Assembly (NCBI RefSeq): GCF_001194135.2
Contig: NC_068999.1
Location: 44,451,128-44,514,625 of the forward strand
Direction of reading: 5' to 3'
DNA from: Octopus bimaculoides
Taxonomy: Eukaryota
DNA length: 63,498 nucleotides
Positions 1-12,714 of the stretch are shown one piece after another. Positions within the stretch are counted from its first letter, which is position 1. The number at the start of each line of letters is the position of its first letter. A program made the position numbers and the translations under genes. The notes under the pieces were generated by a model. That model saw only the letters and a program-made list of their open reading frames with translations, was not told the origin of the DNA and made no database searches.

Positions 1-1149
1 ATATATATACATATATATATATACATAAAACATCCGCACGTAAATATGTGTGTGTATTTATATAAACGTATATATTGTTTAACGCACACTTTAAATCGTT
101 GTGAGCCACGATCAGTTCCATACGTTGGAGATACTATCTACCAAAGTTTTGATAAGATGCCTATTGTCTCCAAGTAATCTTCTGGCTCTGAGCCCATGGC
201 TCTTGGCAGTTACAAACAAGGACAATTAAACAATATTACTCTTGCTCCAATATTCTGATTTGTAGCTTATATAGGCCTTGTGCTCCTAGTCCGTAGACTA
301 CTTAGAAGCAATACGTGTAATTTAAAGCTTGCCTCGATAATATCTTCAATGTATGATACTACGAGTACCTCATACTTATATACTGTGGACATTAAACAAT
401 ATTTATTTCTCGCCAGATGGAATACTTGTTTTGTTGATCTTACCTTAACGGGAAAGTAAGCTAAAAACATCTACAGAGGTACACAACCCTTGAGGAGAGT
501 TGTGTTCTGAATTTCGGATCTTTTCGGATTTTAGAACAAAAGCCAGATAAATGAGACTGTAAGCTATATATCAAAACAGACGTCCTACTACGATAACAAA
601 AACACATGTATACGTACTCAGAAGCAGTTGGGGAAATAAATATTTATAGAGTAATACACTAGTAAAGGAAATTGTGAGATAATTAAGATCATAAATAACA
701 AAATAGATATATTTTGGGATAATTTAAAGCAAAAATACATGATCCACAAGTACAGGTAAACCCATTACCATAATATTCCTCTAGATAGACGCATAAGTAT
801 TCGTACCAATTTGAATAAGGAAAGTCTACAAATGGTATTACAGTTTATATGCGAGACCCATAAATTGGTTCAAACTAGGCTAAATATGTAACTGCAATTA
901 AGTTGAATAGAGTACGTCAGATTCACCAACGTAGTCATCGGGTTGCAGGCAAACCATCGTTGATAGGCCAGAAACGAGATTCTTATGTGATGAAATAGCA
1001 CTACGAGAGAGGGCATTTTGAAAGACTTTTTCAAGTGTTATCTGTCTCATTAGCAAAGCTTTCTCTCTAAGAAATGTCTCATAATCTATTGTTTACTCCC
1101 ATAATCTATTGTTTACTGATAAATACACGTTGCTGAAGCTAGCTATTAA

Positions 1150-1561
1150 CTGATACAACAAAATCAGTAAAGACATGGTTCGACGAAAATGCTGTCAACG
1201 TACTTCCCTGGCCAGGAAATTCACCTGACACGAACCCAATTGAGAGCTTATGGGGTATGTTGAAAGATGAAGTACATCAATCCTCTATTACAGCCAAATG
1301 CCATCTTATTGAGCGCCTCATATAAGTTTGGTTCCATTCAGACAGAATCAAAGATTAGTGTAGAATACTAGTTATGTGACATGCCTCGACGTGTACAAGC
1401 TCTTAATTCTGCTAAAGGAGGGCAAACTGACTACTGAAATACTAGTCCTGCGTAAATACTAGGAAATAAATCATATGGCAATAAAACATTTAGTTTATTT
1501 TAAATCTGTATATAGAAATACCAAAAATTTTCAAAAATCCATAATAAGGTTTGTAGTACTG
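1150..1561 (+). mobile_element. Tc1-family (DD34E) transposase C-terminal remnant with probable right end
   Basis: Manual translation gives TTKSVKTWFDENAVNVLPWPGNSPDTNPIESLWGMLK...MPRRVQALNSAKGGQTDY* (stop at 1437). This matches the Tc1 WPxxSPDLNPIExLW and MPxRxxAVIxAKGGxTxY motifs. It has in-frame stops and a frameshift. The reverse complement of 1539-1561 begins CAGTACT, like a Tc1 TIR. Confidence 0.85.
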
Positions 1562-1726
1562 CATATGTATGAATATATATCATATACGTATGCATGCGAT
1601 ACATATGGTGCGTATGTGAGCATATATATATATATCTATATATACACACACACATACATTCATGTCTGTACATACACGAGTAAATATATGCGTGTATGTT
1701 AATGACACGTCTACCCGTTTTCTCTT

Positions 1727-1796
<70 letters not shown>

Positions 1797-2216
1797 CCTT
1801 TCTCTGCATTGATCATGATAAGTTTTCTCTCACTCTTTCACGCCGCCAATCTCACACTTCCAAGTTATTGAAAAACTCTTTCCTTTTAATGCCTCGTTCT
1901 ATCTCTCTTTTTCACTTTTTTCTTCTGCGTCCCCGTCTAACTAACCGCATTCTCTCTATTTCTCTAGCTTTTTCTCTCTTTTTTCCCTCTCCCACAACCC
2001 CTAAACGGCCTATTTTATTCGCCCCCTACCTCATCACCATATTGGTGTTCTTAATCATGCTTATATTTACACTTGAAATACTTGTAGCATTCATATTCCT
2101 TATTTCTAGGAATTTACCATTTCCAATTCCTGTTTTCACATCTTCTTTTATGGTAATCTTCATATTTAATAACTTTGCTATCAGATTTTTGTTTTAACAA
2201 CTAATCTAAAACGTAC

Positions 2217-2270
2217 TTCCTCTCTCCCAGCTTTTAAACATTGTGTAGACGTCAAATCAACGTCAGACAT
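2217..2270 (-). CDS. Candidate first coding exon (MSDVDLTSTQCLKAGREE), product unknown
   Basis: AAAAAATG start at 2270, 18 open codons, donor GAA|GTACGT, phase 0. A phase-compatible 27-nt exon candidate lies at 444-470 (ctgtag|...AAG|gtaaga). No homology recognised. Confidence 0.2.
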
Positions 2271-2482
2271 TTTTTGCGAAAAAAAGCAAGGTAGCCATGT
2301 TTAGATAACTTGTTAGCATTTCCTTATTTCGAGTGTTGTTCTTTATGTATTTGCTTTCGATAATTCAACGGTGTACTTTTTAAGTTTCTTCTTTGTTTCA
2401 TATTTCTCTATTTTACATGTGTTTTCGTTTTGCATTCTTTTCCGTTATATTTATTATTTTGCACGTAGTTTGGCGGAATACA

Positions 2483-2493
2483 ATGGCGGAAGC
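2483..2493 (+). CDS. Candidate first coding micro-exon (MAEA), product unknown
   Basis: acaATGGCGGAAGC|GTGAGT: typical metazoan ATGGCG start followed by a consensus donor, in a small CpG-containing patch. Confidence 0.3.
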
Positions 2494-3301
2494 GTGAGTT
2501 TGCGGTGTGTGGTGGGTTGACGAATAAATTTAGATAGCGCACTGAATTTACAAATGATTTTCACTGTTGTGAAATATGTAAATAGAGAGAGAGAGAGAGA
2601 GAGANNNNNNNNNNNNNNNNNNNNNNNNNNNNNNNNNNNNNNNNNNNNNNNNNNNNNNNNNNNNNNNNNNNNNNNNNNNNNNNNNNNNNNNNNNNNNNNN
2701 NNNNNNNNNNNNNNNNNNNNNNNNNNNNNNNNNNNNNNNNNNNNNNNNNNNNNNNNNNNNNNNNNNNNNNNNNNNNNNNNNNNNNNNNNNNNNNNNNNNN
2801 NNNNNNNNNNNNNNNNNNNNNNNNNNNNNNNNNNNNNNNNNNNNNNNNNNNNNNNNNNNNNNNNNNNNNNNNNNNNNNNNNNNNNNNNNNNNNNNNNNNN
2901 NNNNNNNNNNNNNNNNNNNNNNNNNNNNNNNNNNNNNNNNNNNNNNNNNNNNNNNNNNNNNNNNNNNNNNNNNNNNNNNNNNNNNNNNNNNNNNNNNNNN
3001 NNNNNNNNNNNNNNNNNNNNNNNNNNNNNNNNNNNNNNNNNNNNNNNNNNNNNNNNNNNNNNNNNNNNNNNNNNNNNNNNNNNNNNNNNNNNNNNNNNNN
3101 NNNNNNNNNNNNNNNNNNNNNNNNNNNNNNNNNNNNNNNNNNNNNNNNNNNNNNNNNNNNNNNNNNNNNNNNNNNNNNNNNNNNNNNNNNNNNNNNNNNN
3201 NNNNNNNNNNNNNNNNNNNNNNNNNNNNNNNNNNNNNNNNNNNNNNNNNNNNNNNNNNNNNNNNNNNNNNNNNNNNNNNNNNNNNNNNNNNNNNNNNNNN
3301 N

Positions 3302-3366
3302 TTTCAATTGATAGTTGCTTCCAGGTAAAGTTTTATCGACTGTCACGACAAAGCACAAATCACGAT

Positions 3367-3419
<53 letters not shown>

Positions 3420-3656
3420 GGATAAGTGAGAGATAGATGAGAGAAAGAGAGATAGCATTAGGTTCTCATGCGCTGCTCAGCGCATTGGGCGTCTCTATTT
3501 ATATACATATGTCTTTGTGAGGTGTTTGCGTATGTGTAAANNNNNNNNNNATATATATATATTTTAATATATATATATAGAAAGTAATAAGTTTCAATTG
3601 ATAGTTGCTTCCAGGTAAAGTTTTATCGACTGTCACGACAAAGCACAAATCACGAT

Positions 3657-3709
<53 letters not shown>

Positions 3710-3872
3710 GGATAAGTGAGAGATAGATGAGAGAAAGAGAGATAGCATTAGGTTCTCATGCGCTGCTCAGCNNNNNNNNNNNNNNNNNNNNNNNNNNNNN
3801 NNNNNNNNNNNCAGCGCATTGGGCGTCTCTATTTATATACATATGTCTTTGTGAGGTGTTTGCGTATGTGTA
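3302..3872. repeat. Exact tandem duplication across short gaps (probable assembly artefact)
   Basis: 3302-3540 is repeated apparently identically at ~3592-3872, including the (AGAT)n tract. The copies are separated by a 10-N gap and the second is interrupted by a 40-N gap. Confidence 0.85.
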
Positions 3873-3878
3873 AATACG

Positions 3879-3925
<47 letters not shown>

Positions 3926-4184
3926 ACCGGTGTGGCAATGCATAAGCATGTATGCGTATGTGCCTGTGTGCACGTGTGTGTGCCTGTGAGACTGTGTCTG
4001 TGATATAATATAAATTAAAAATGATTATAAACACAAAAATGTACAGTGGTAACTGAATCAACCTTAATTTAATCACTCTCTCATTTCTTCGTACATATTC
4101 TATCACTCCGTCATCACCTTCTTGTCAAATAAAAATAAATTTATACAGGTAAATAAATACACTAAATCATATTATTATTATGTA

Positions 4185-4235
<51 letters not shown>

Positions 4236-4878
4236 CATTATTGTCTTAGTTAATTTTTTATGATTTTTCCCTACGTTTTCTTGTGGGTTTTTTTTATGTA
4301 ANNNNNNNNNNNNNNNNNNNNNNNNNNNNNNNNNNNNNNNNNNNNNNNNNNNNNNNNNNNNNNNNNNNNNNNNNNNNNNNNNNNNNNNNNNNNNNNNNNN
4401 NNNNNNNNNNNNNNNNNNNNNNNNNNNNNNNNNNNNNNNNNNNNNNNNNNNNNNNNNNNNNNNNNNNNNNNNNNNNNNNNNNNNNNNNNNNNNNNNNNNN
4501 NNNNNNNNNNNNNNNNNNNNNNNNNNNNNNNNNNNNNNNNNNNNNNNNNNNNNNNNNNNNNNNNNNNNNNNNNNNNNNNNNNNNNNNNNNNNNNNNNNNN
4601 NNNNNNNNNNNNNNNNNNNNNNNNNNNNNNNNNNNNNNNNNNNNNNNNNNNNNNNNNNNNNNNNNNNNNNNNNNNNNNNNNNNNNNNNNNNNNNNNNNNN
4701 NNNNNNNNNNNNNNNNNNNNNNNNNNNNNNNNNNNNNNNNNNNNNNNNNNNNNNNNNNNNNNNNNNNNNNNNNNNNNNNNNNNNNNNNNNNNNNNNNNNN
4801 NNNNNNNNNNNNNNNNNNNNNNNNNNNNNNNNNNNNNNNNNNNNNNNNNNNNNNNNNNNNNNNNNNNNNNNNNNNNNN

Positions 4879-4962
<84 letters not shown>

Positions 4963-5065
4963 CACACTTGGTAGGGTGTGATAACCTAAAAGTGTTGCGA
5001 CGAGTTCGAAGGAAAACAAGATCCGAAACGTTATATTACTATCTCATTTTATTTCTGTGTTTCAG

Positions 5066-5127
5066 ACGGACAATATTGACCAGCAGCTTATCCCGTCTTG
5101 TTACTCCTTTATCACATACTCTTCACG
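5066..5127 (+). CDS. Candidate internal exon (A)RTILTSSLSRLVTPLSHTLH
   Basis: Strong acceptor cattttatttctgtgtttcag and donor G|GTATCT. Open in the phase-2 frame needed to join the 2483-2493 exon. No homology recognised. Confidence 0.25.
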
Positions 5128-5428
5128 GTATCTATGCCTACACATGTGTGTATGTGTGGGAGAGAGTGAGAGCGTGTGTTCTATATCTCTGCAAAAGTTT
5201 TGTATAGCGAAAGGCATCCGTTTCTCTAGGAGTTGTCTGTTCAGTCCCAAATCAGCTTTGAATCAATTCTGATATACCAGGCATATAACCAAACATTATA
5301 CAAATAACTGTTACCTTTCCTTTCGATAGAGTTTATCTAGCATAACGTTGTCTAAACAGTATTTCTTTTTTTAAGAGTATGGATATGATCTTCAGGAGAT
5401 TTTGTTACCAAACACACACATACATAAA

Positions 5429-5468
<40 letters not shown>

Positions 5469-7132
5469 CATATACATATATATATATATATANNNNNNNN
5501 NNNNNNNNNNNNNNNNNNNNNNNNNNNNNNNNNNNNNNNNNNNNNNNNNNNNNNNNNNNNNNNNNNNNNNNNNNNNNNNNNNNNNNNNNNNNNNNNNNNN
5601 NNNNNNNNNNNNNNNNNNNNNNNNNNNNNNNNNNNNNNNNNNNNNNNNNNNNNNNNNNNNNNNNNNNNNNNNNNNNNNNNNNNNNNNNNNNNNNNNNNNN
5701 NNNNNNNNNNNNNNNNNNNNNNNNNNNNNNNNNNNNNNNNNNNNNNNNNNNNNNNNNNNNNNNNNNNNNNNNNNNNNNNNNNNNNNNNNNNNNNNNNNNN
5801 NNNNNNNNNNNNNNNNNNNNNNNNNNNNNNNNNNNNNNNNNNNNNNNNNNNNNNNNNNNNNNNNNNNNNNNNNNNNNNNNNNNNNNNNNNNNNNNNNNNN
5901 NNNNNNNNNNNNNNNNNNNNNNNNNNNNNNNNNNNNNNNNNNNNNNNNNNNNNNNNNNNNNNNNNNNNNNNNNNNNNNNNNNNNNNNNNNNNNNNNNNNN
6001 NNNNNNNNNNNNNNNNNNNNNNNNNNNNNNNNNNNNNNNNNNNNNNNNNNNNNNNNNNNNNNNNNNNNNNNNNNNNNNNNNNNNNNNNNNNNNNNNNNNN
6101 NNNNNNNNNNATATATATATATATATATATACGTATGTGTATGCGCGTCTCTGTGTGTGTCTGTGTGCGTGCTTGTATGTATCTATGTATAGGTGTGTAT
6201 CTGTATTTAAGAGGTGAAAACAACTACATGCAAGAAAGCAACAACGTTCGTTGAAGTACCGTATATGTACCGTCACATTGTAAATATACAAGATACAACT
6301 GAAGTATTCCTGTTTAACACGAAAGTGCGATTAAACCGTCTTATCTTCATTCAGCAGGAATCATAACTATGTAACCAGCGTGAGCTTCAACAGTTTCGGA
6401 CAAACGTAAATCGTGCCTATTTATTGTTCTCTACTTATTGATGTATAGAAATATACGACAAGCCTTTCTTTCTCTCGCCCCATTTTTACTTATATCGCTC
6501 TATATTCATTTACAGTTCTTCGAAAAGCTAACACGATACTTCTGCCTGTCCTCATAAAATTCTCTCGGAAATATATCTCACTAAATTTGCAAATACGTGA
6601 TGTTTCGCTGTCTTTTAAAAGAATTTCTCCAAATAAAATCTCTTATTTCTTTGTGTTGAGCGTTACGACCAGGGAATTTAATATTTTATAGTTACTCTCA
6701 AGTGTGGGCCGACATCCTGAATTTTATATATTGTATTTAACTAAACCGGTTTAAACTTGTTCAGACTACCAGTGGATTCCTCTGAATAATACCGACTGAT
6801 GATATTTCTTTCATCTGCGATGGGTTTTTTGGTGCGAAGTGGATCTCTGGTTATACTCCATTAAAACAGTCAACGCTAAAGACATGCACACACGGATACA
6901 GACACAAGCACACACACACACACACACACACACTTATACACTTATACACACCTACACAAACACATAGATACACGCGCGCACACAATTACACACACACTCA
7001 CACACATATACACGCACACACTGATGCACACACACAAGCACATGCAGTGAAGAGATGAGAGGGTCGAGGGTGCCAAACACATATTGTTGGAGACCAACCA
7101 GTAATGAAGAACATAGAAAAAAGGCAGTGATG

Positions 7133-7316
7133 TAGGTGACGAACTGGTGGAATGGTGTGCGCACCCAGACAAACTGCTTCGAATTCTGCTAAAGTCAACT
7201 TCATATTTCTTCCGTTCGGCATTGATAAAATGAAGTAGCTGTCAAGGACTGGAGTCGATGTAATTGACTGGACAGTCCTCCTTGTGCCAGAATTCAAAAG
7301 AATTATAACCGCGATA
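7133..7316 (+). mobile_element. Degenerate SINE, family A (ggcgagctggcagaa... type)
   Basis: Colinear with the better copies at 34766 and 45758: aggtgacgaactgg...aaagtcaacttc...actggagtcgatgtaattgact...ccttgtgcc. Confidence 0.7.
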
Positions 7317-8320
7317 ACAAAAAAGCGATGAGCCAACTTATATGGTTGTTGTAAAATTTTAGTTCATTACTTCAAAGTCATCTTTTTGCTTTCATTTCCT
7401 TCGTTGAACCGATGTAGATACGTTTCTTGGAACTTTTATTTTAGCTGAAGAGGAAGACTAAAAGATCAAAAAATTTCTTCCCGTATTTTTTAAGGAAGCA
7501 TCGTATCAGCGGAAACAAAATACCAATCGTTGACCTTTTGACTTCTTCTACATCATCTTAGCCTCAATAACAACACTGTAAACAGAAATATATTTATAAT
7601 AACCAAATTAATCTTCAGTGCGATTTTTCTCTGCATAATTCATGCGAAGATCGATCTTTCTTTATGTTAAAAAAACGACTGTTTACACATGTCTGTGAAT
7701 TCAGTCTATTTAACTCCGACGTTTTCAAAATTAATATTGAATTTTGAATTAGCCGTCGTTTCATGTAAAACATGCTCATAGGAATTAATTGTCTCAATGT
7801 CTGAGAATGGTGCTTGTTAATAACATTATAATTTTTCGGACTATTAACCTCATTTTTAGAAATGAAACATTTTATTTTTACAATAGCTATTTTCCACACT
7901 ACCAATCGATCGGTTTTTATCTCAGTTTATATCCAATAGGTTATTGATGCATATATATGCGTCAGTTGACCGAGAGATTGCAATCACCATTACCCTCAGT
8001 TAAGAAATAAATGTTCTGAGTTCGAACATAACCAGGGAGTAGGTAAGTATAAATACATACATCACCATGTGGCTTGTCCTGAGCGGGGCTCAAACATTTC
8101 AAATTTTACAAAACAAAAAACGTGTAACATTCTAAAAATGAGGTTGAAATTTATAAAGGTATTTTTTTGTTTTTTAATTATTTGTATGAAATAAGCTTCT
8201 AATGAAAAGGAAAATAGCACCACGATTTTTGCAATGTTCATTAACTAACATAGTATATGTGAAGAATGTTTAAATACTATAGGAGAAGAATTTACTTGGC
8301 TTGAGATTATATGATATATT

Positions 8321-8531
8321 GGGGCGGCATGATGGCAGAATCTTTAGCACACTAGACAAAATGATTAGCGGTGTTTCGCCAGTTGCTACGTTCTGAGTTC
8401 AATTTCCGCTGCGGTCGAGTTTCCGGGGTCGATAATATAAGTGCCATGGAAACATGCAAGTCGATGTAATCGACTTAACTTCTCCCCACCCCGCAGATTC
8501 CAGGCCTTGTGCCTTTAGTAGGAAGGATTAT
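8321..8531 (+). mobile_element. SINE family A
   Basis: tggcagaatc.ttagcac...gttctgagttcaat (B-box-like)...ggggtcgataa...gtcgatgtaatcgact...ccttgtgcctttagtag-attat tail. Confidence 0.85.
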
Positions 8532-9129
8532 ATGATATACTCAGTACCTAATGCCATCTACATATGAAAGAATAATGAGGAGCACACTATCATGTACGCA
8601 TGTTCATACATACATATATATATATATATAAAGGGTGTGTACCTAACGCGGAAATACACACACAGTCAGGCACATACACACTCATACACTTATACACAAA
8701 CACTCACAGACATAGAAACAACTCATATACAAAATGTGACGTTGTCGTTGAACGCGAAAACATACACACAGACAGACACATACACATTCATACACTCACA
8801 CACATACACTAAGACACATATGCACTCATATACAAAAGGTGACGTTGTCGTCGTCATCATTTTAGACGTGGTATAAAGTGTCCCGTACTATGTTTGAGTA
8901 TAGAAAGATTATCTTTATAAAATGTTATATTGCTTTAATCTATATATATGACATTCGTGGAGTGTGATGCTATATCCTTGTAAAATTTGATTTGATCTGG
9001 TGGAGCCATTTGCGAATGCATTGGGAACAAACAGACTGAGAGACAGAAACTGCTGCGATAATTATTAATTGGTAATTGTGACGGTATTTTTATATACTTT
9101 GGACTTTGTGTTATCACATTAGAATTAAA

Positions 9130-9348
9130 AGTGGAAGAATAAAAGTGAAACAATATTCACTTTGACACGTAATAACGAACCAGTCTAAGAGATTCTCCGG
9201 GCCCGCATCAGGCAAGACGTTGAAAGTTTTCTTCGCCTCATGGTACTCCATGGACCCCAAGTAATGCATGTGTAAAATTTGAATGAAATCGGTTGAGTAG
9301 GAATTCACACATACATACAGACAGACATTTTCAGTTTTATATATAGAT
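9130..9348 (-). mobile_element. Possible non-autonomous Helitron/Helentron-like element end
   Basis: Minus strand reads atctatatataaaactgaaaatgtctgtctgtatgtatg...caaccgatttcattcaaattttacac, resembling the 5' ends of non-autonomous rolling-circle elements. From memory, not searched. Confidence 0.35.
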
Positions 9349-9349
9349 A

Positions 9350-9480
9350 TATACGACGGGTTTCTTTCAGTTTCCGTCTGCCAAATCAGCTCTCAAGGCT
9401 TTGGTCGACGCGAGGCTATACTAGAAAACATTTGCCCAACGTGCAATGCAATAGGATTGAATTCGGAACCATGTGGTTGA
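9350..9480 (-). mobile_element. SINE family B 5' half (tRNA head plus CORE-like block)
   Basis: Reverse complement matches the family B copies at 12715 and 13569: aaccacatggttccg...ttgggcaa.tgttttctagtatagcctcg...ccaaagccttg...gacggaaactgaaagaa.cccgtcgtat. Confidence 0.75.
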
Positions 9481-10355
9481 AATGATAATACGATAGGTAT
9501 TTATATATATATATAAATATATATACATGTGCGTGTGTGCATGTGTGTGCGTGAATGTGTGTGTGTGTGTGAGAATAAATATATGTATAGTGAGAGGGGG
9601 AATAGAAAGAGAGAGACAATGAGAGAAACAGAGAAAGAGAGAGTGAGAGACACAGAGAGGTAAGAGAGAAAGAGAGACTGATGATGAGAAAGACGAAGAG
9701 ATGTACTATAAAAAGGTTTAGAAATATGCGTTTATTATTAACACAACGAATTTAATTCACTGTGAAAACAGAGCTCCGTGGTTAAATGGCAGTATATCTT
9801 TCTCTATCAAGTTTCACCTGGTTATAGCCAACTCATCAGATGTTTCTCTGTATTGGTTCTACAAAACGTATTATCTACGAACGGATATTGTTACTAATAA
9901 TTTCTACCGATTTTATCCGTTTCGATACCAGTGCATTCGTCGGGAACACCTATCATCTAACTAAACTCTGATGTCTTCATCAAAGAAATTATCGATCAAA
10001 AGCAGAGTGAAATTCTTTGAAGTGGGGGATTGAAATCAGCTTCCTTTGAACATAATTCTTGCTTTTAGACACACGTTCCAAATACCAAGCACTTAGGTTC
10101 AATAGAACACAGATTGAAATAAAGACGATAAATTAATAGAGTACTTCAAGATTTATTGGAATTCAAATACTAACTTGATTTATACGCAGCATAAATGTCA
10201 TCGGGAATTTTCTTGTTTGTAACTTGGAACTTGCACTGTCTGATAGAAAGATTGTAAGCCTGCCGTAACCTGCGCAAATACAATGGAGCAGATTCGGTCG
10301 TGAGACACATGTTTACACGCACACATGCTTGCATACATGCGTATACCTATAATAG

Positions 10356-10386
<31 letters not shown>

Positions 10387-11494
10387 GTCTGTGTGTGTGT
10401 GTGTGTATGTGTGGGTGCGTGTGTATATGTATATTTATTTACATATATATAAATATATACATATACACATATATATACATATACATATACGCACACGCGC
10501 AACACACACCGCATACACACACACACACACACACATATAATATTCCAATATTTTCTACTTCCTCCCCTTGTTGCTCTCTCTACCACTCTCTTTCTCTCTT
10601 CCTTACTCTTCGCTGGTCACATGTGTCCACATACTAATTCTTTTCTTCCTTGGCTATCGCCAAGCAAACACGCGAACTACTGTCCCGCTTCCAGTTCATT
10701 GCGTCACAGCGTTCCACATACACATAGTTTTTCACGTCTGGCCGTTTAGCCTATTCCGTTTGTTTTCCTGTCTTGTTTTCTGTCCGCCACTACATTCCTC
10801 CATGGTACAGTCTAATTTGTGTATACAAATTTAATTTGTGATCAATGGGATGAGCCATTTTAACGCTGCGTCCTGTCCTACTCTTCGAAACGCCTGTGTT
10901 CGAATGGGGGTAGCTGATGAAGGAAACTGTTCTCTATGTGGCCTGTGTGTGTTCTGTACTCTGGTTATTATTATGTTTTTGTCTACGTTTTGATTGCAAT
11001 GTCCTGTACCCAGATATGCACCTATATATACAGGTAGACGTAGGTATGCACATACCTGTACGTATATATGCAAATACTCATTTATTATTTGTTTTATATA
11101 TATANNNNNNNNNNNNNNNNNNNNNNNNNNNNNNNNNNNNNNNNNNNNNNNNNNNNNNNNNNNNNNNNNNNNNNNNNNNNNNNNNNNNNNNNNNNNNNNN
11201 NNNNNNNNNNNNNNNNNNNNNNNNNNNNNNNNNNNNNNNNNNNNNNNNNNNNNNNNNNNNNNNNNNNNNNNNNNNNNNNNNNNNNNNNNNNNNNNNNNNN
11301 NNNNNNNNNNNNNNNNNNNNNNNNNNNNNNNNNNNNNNNNNNNNNNNNNNNNNNNNNNNNNNNNNNNNNNNNNNNNNNNNNNNNNNNNNNNNNNNNNNNN
11401 NNNNNNNNNNNNNNNNNNNNNGAAAGATTTTGAAGATGATTGAAACATTAGAGAAATCCCACAAAAAAACGAAAAGGAAGCGTGAAAGACACTG

Positions 11495-11548
<54 letters not shown>

Positions 11549-12189
11549 GTAATAATAATAATAAAAGAGATAAACAAGAACATTACTTCCGAATCCAAAA
11601 TAGATTTATGCACTGCATACATGAGTGAAATCCAGCTCCAAACTTGACGTGAAGCTAAATCAAAATGGCATTTGTTTTAAACAGTAATAGAAAGGTGTAA
11701 GCAACATGGCGAAGGTGTTGTATCGAAGTTCCGTGTTAAGTATCTAAATCTTTACTGCTCAGTCACCAACATCATTAGCGTCACTATTAACATCTGCAGC
11801 ATTATCAGGAACATTGGCAAAAACATAATTCATTGCAAGCACTATAGTAAGAACAACGACCAACTTGGCGTTCTGCTTCCCCTACCGCCACGATTAACAC
11901 AATGACTATTATCAGTAGCCATGATAGCAGCAGCAGCAGCAACAACAACAATAACAACAACAATTGCAACGAGAATAGTAGCAGTGGCAGAAATTGTAAC
12001 ATCGCTAAATTGATGATTTTCAAAACTACTTCTGGCGTCACAACGTTTCACTTCGCTGTTTTACATTAGCATTCGTAGTCATCAGCAACAGCACTTGTAG
12101 AATATAAAAAGTAAAGAACTCTACACTGCTTTTAGAATTGGTAGAAAGAGCAGCCAAATCTTTCTGTAATTTTTTTTTTTTTTTTGACA

Positions 12190-12460
12190 CTGAGTGCAAC
12201 GAAGGATTCCTTGCTCAGCAACAAAGCGGCCGAGATACTTGAGCACGCTGAAAATAACAATTCCAAGTCTTTCTACGATGCCTTGAAAGTCATCTAAGGG
12301 ACACAGTCCTCTCGAACAGCACCTCTGAGCAGCGCTGACGGAGTCACTCTCTACACTAACAAAAAGTAATCCTGGAAAGACGTACAGAGCACTTGAACAA
12401 CGCCTTGAACAGGCTTTCGCTCTATCAACGCTGAATTCATTGCTCGCATTCTCCAACACT
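12190..12460 (+). mobile_element. RTE (BovB-like) LINE ORF2 fragment between endonuclease and RT
   Basis: Translation gives KDSLLSNKAAEILEHAENNNSKSFYDALKVI*GTQSSRTAPLSSADGVTLYTNKK/ILERRTEHLNNALNR/SINAEFIARI. This matches the RTE-BovB KAxEIQxxADxxxxKxFYxALKxIYG...PLxSADGxxLLTDKxxILxRWxEHF pattern. Confidence 0.8.
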
Positions 12461-12714
12461 AGTAGACATACAGAAAATAGTTAAGCTTCTCTTAAATGGC
12501 AAGTCACCGAGCTCTGACTTTATCGTGATATAAATATAATAATAGTTATTTCTATTTGTATATATATTTTCCTAGATTTTATATTCATCTCCACAATTTT
12601 ATTCAAATCTACCGCATTCGTGTTGGCTTTTTCGTTCGATTTGTCTATTGTCCCCATCCTAACACTTCCTCTCTTATTTTGGCCCATTTATATAGGTTTC
12701 TTTCTATTAATATA

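Noticed and set aside
6998-7336. Minus ORF MAHRFFVIAVIILLNSG..., which looks like a signal peptide
   Set aside because: It is the antisense reading of a degenerate family A SINE (7133-7316) plus a CA repeat.
10905-10935. CTGATGA-AG-GAAAC resembling a hammerhead ribozyme core
   Set aside because: Only 2 nt separate the two conserved boxes, so stem II cannot form, and I see no convincing stems I or III.
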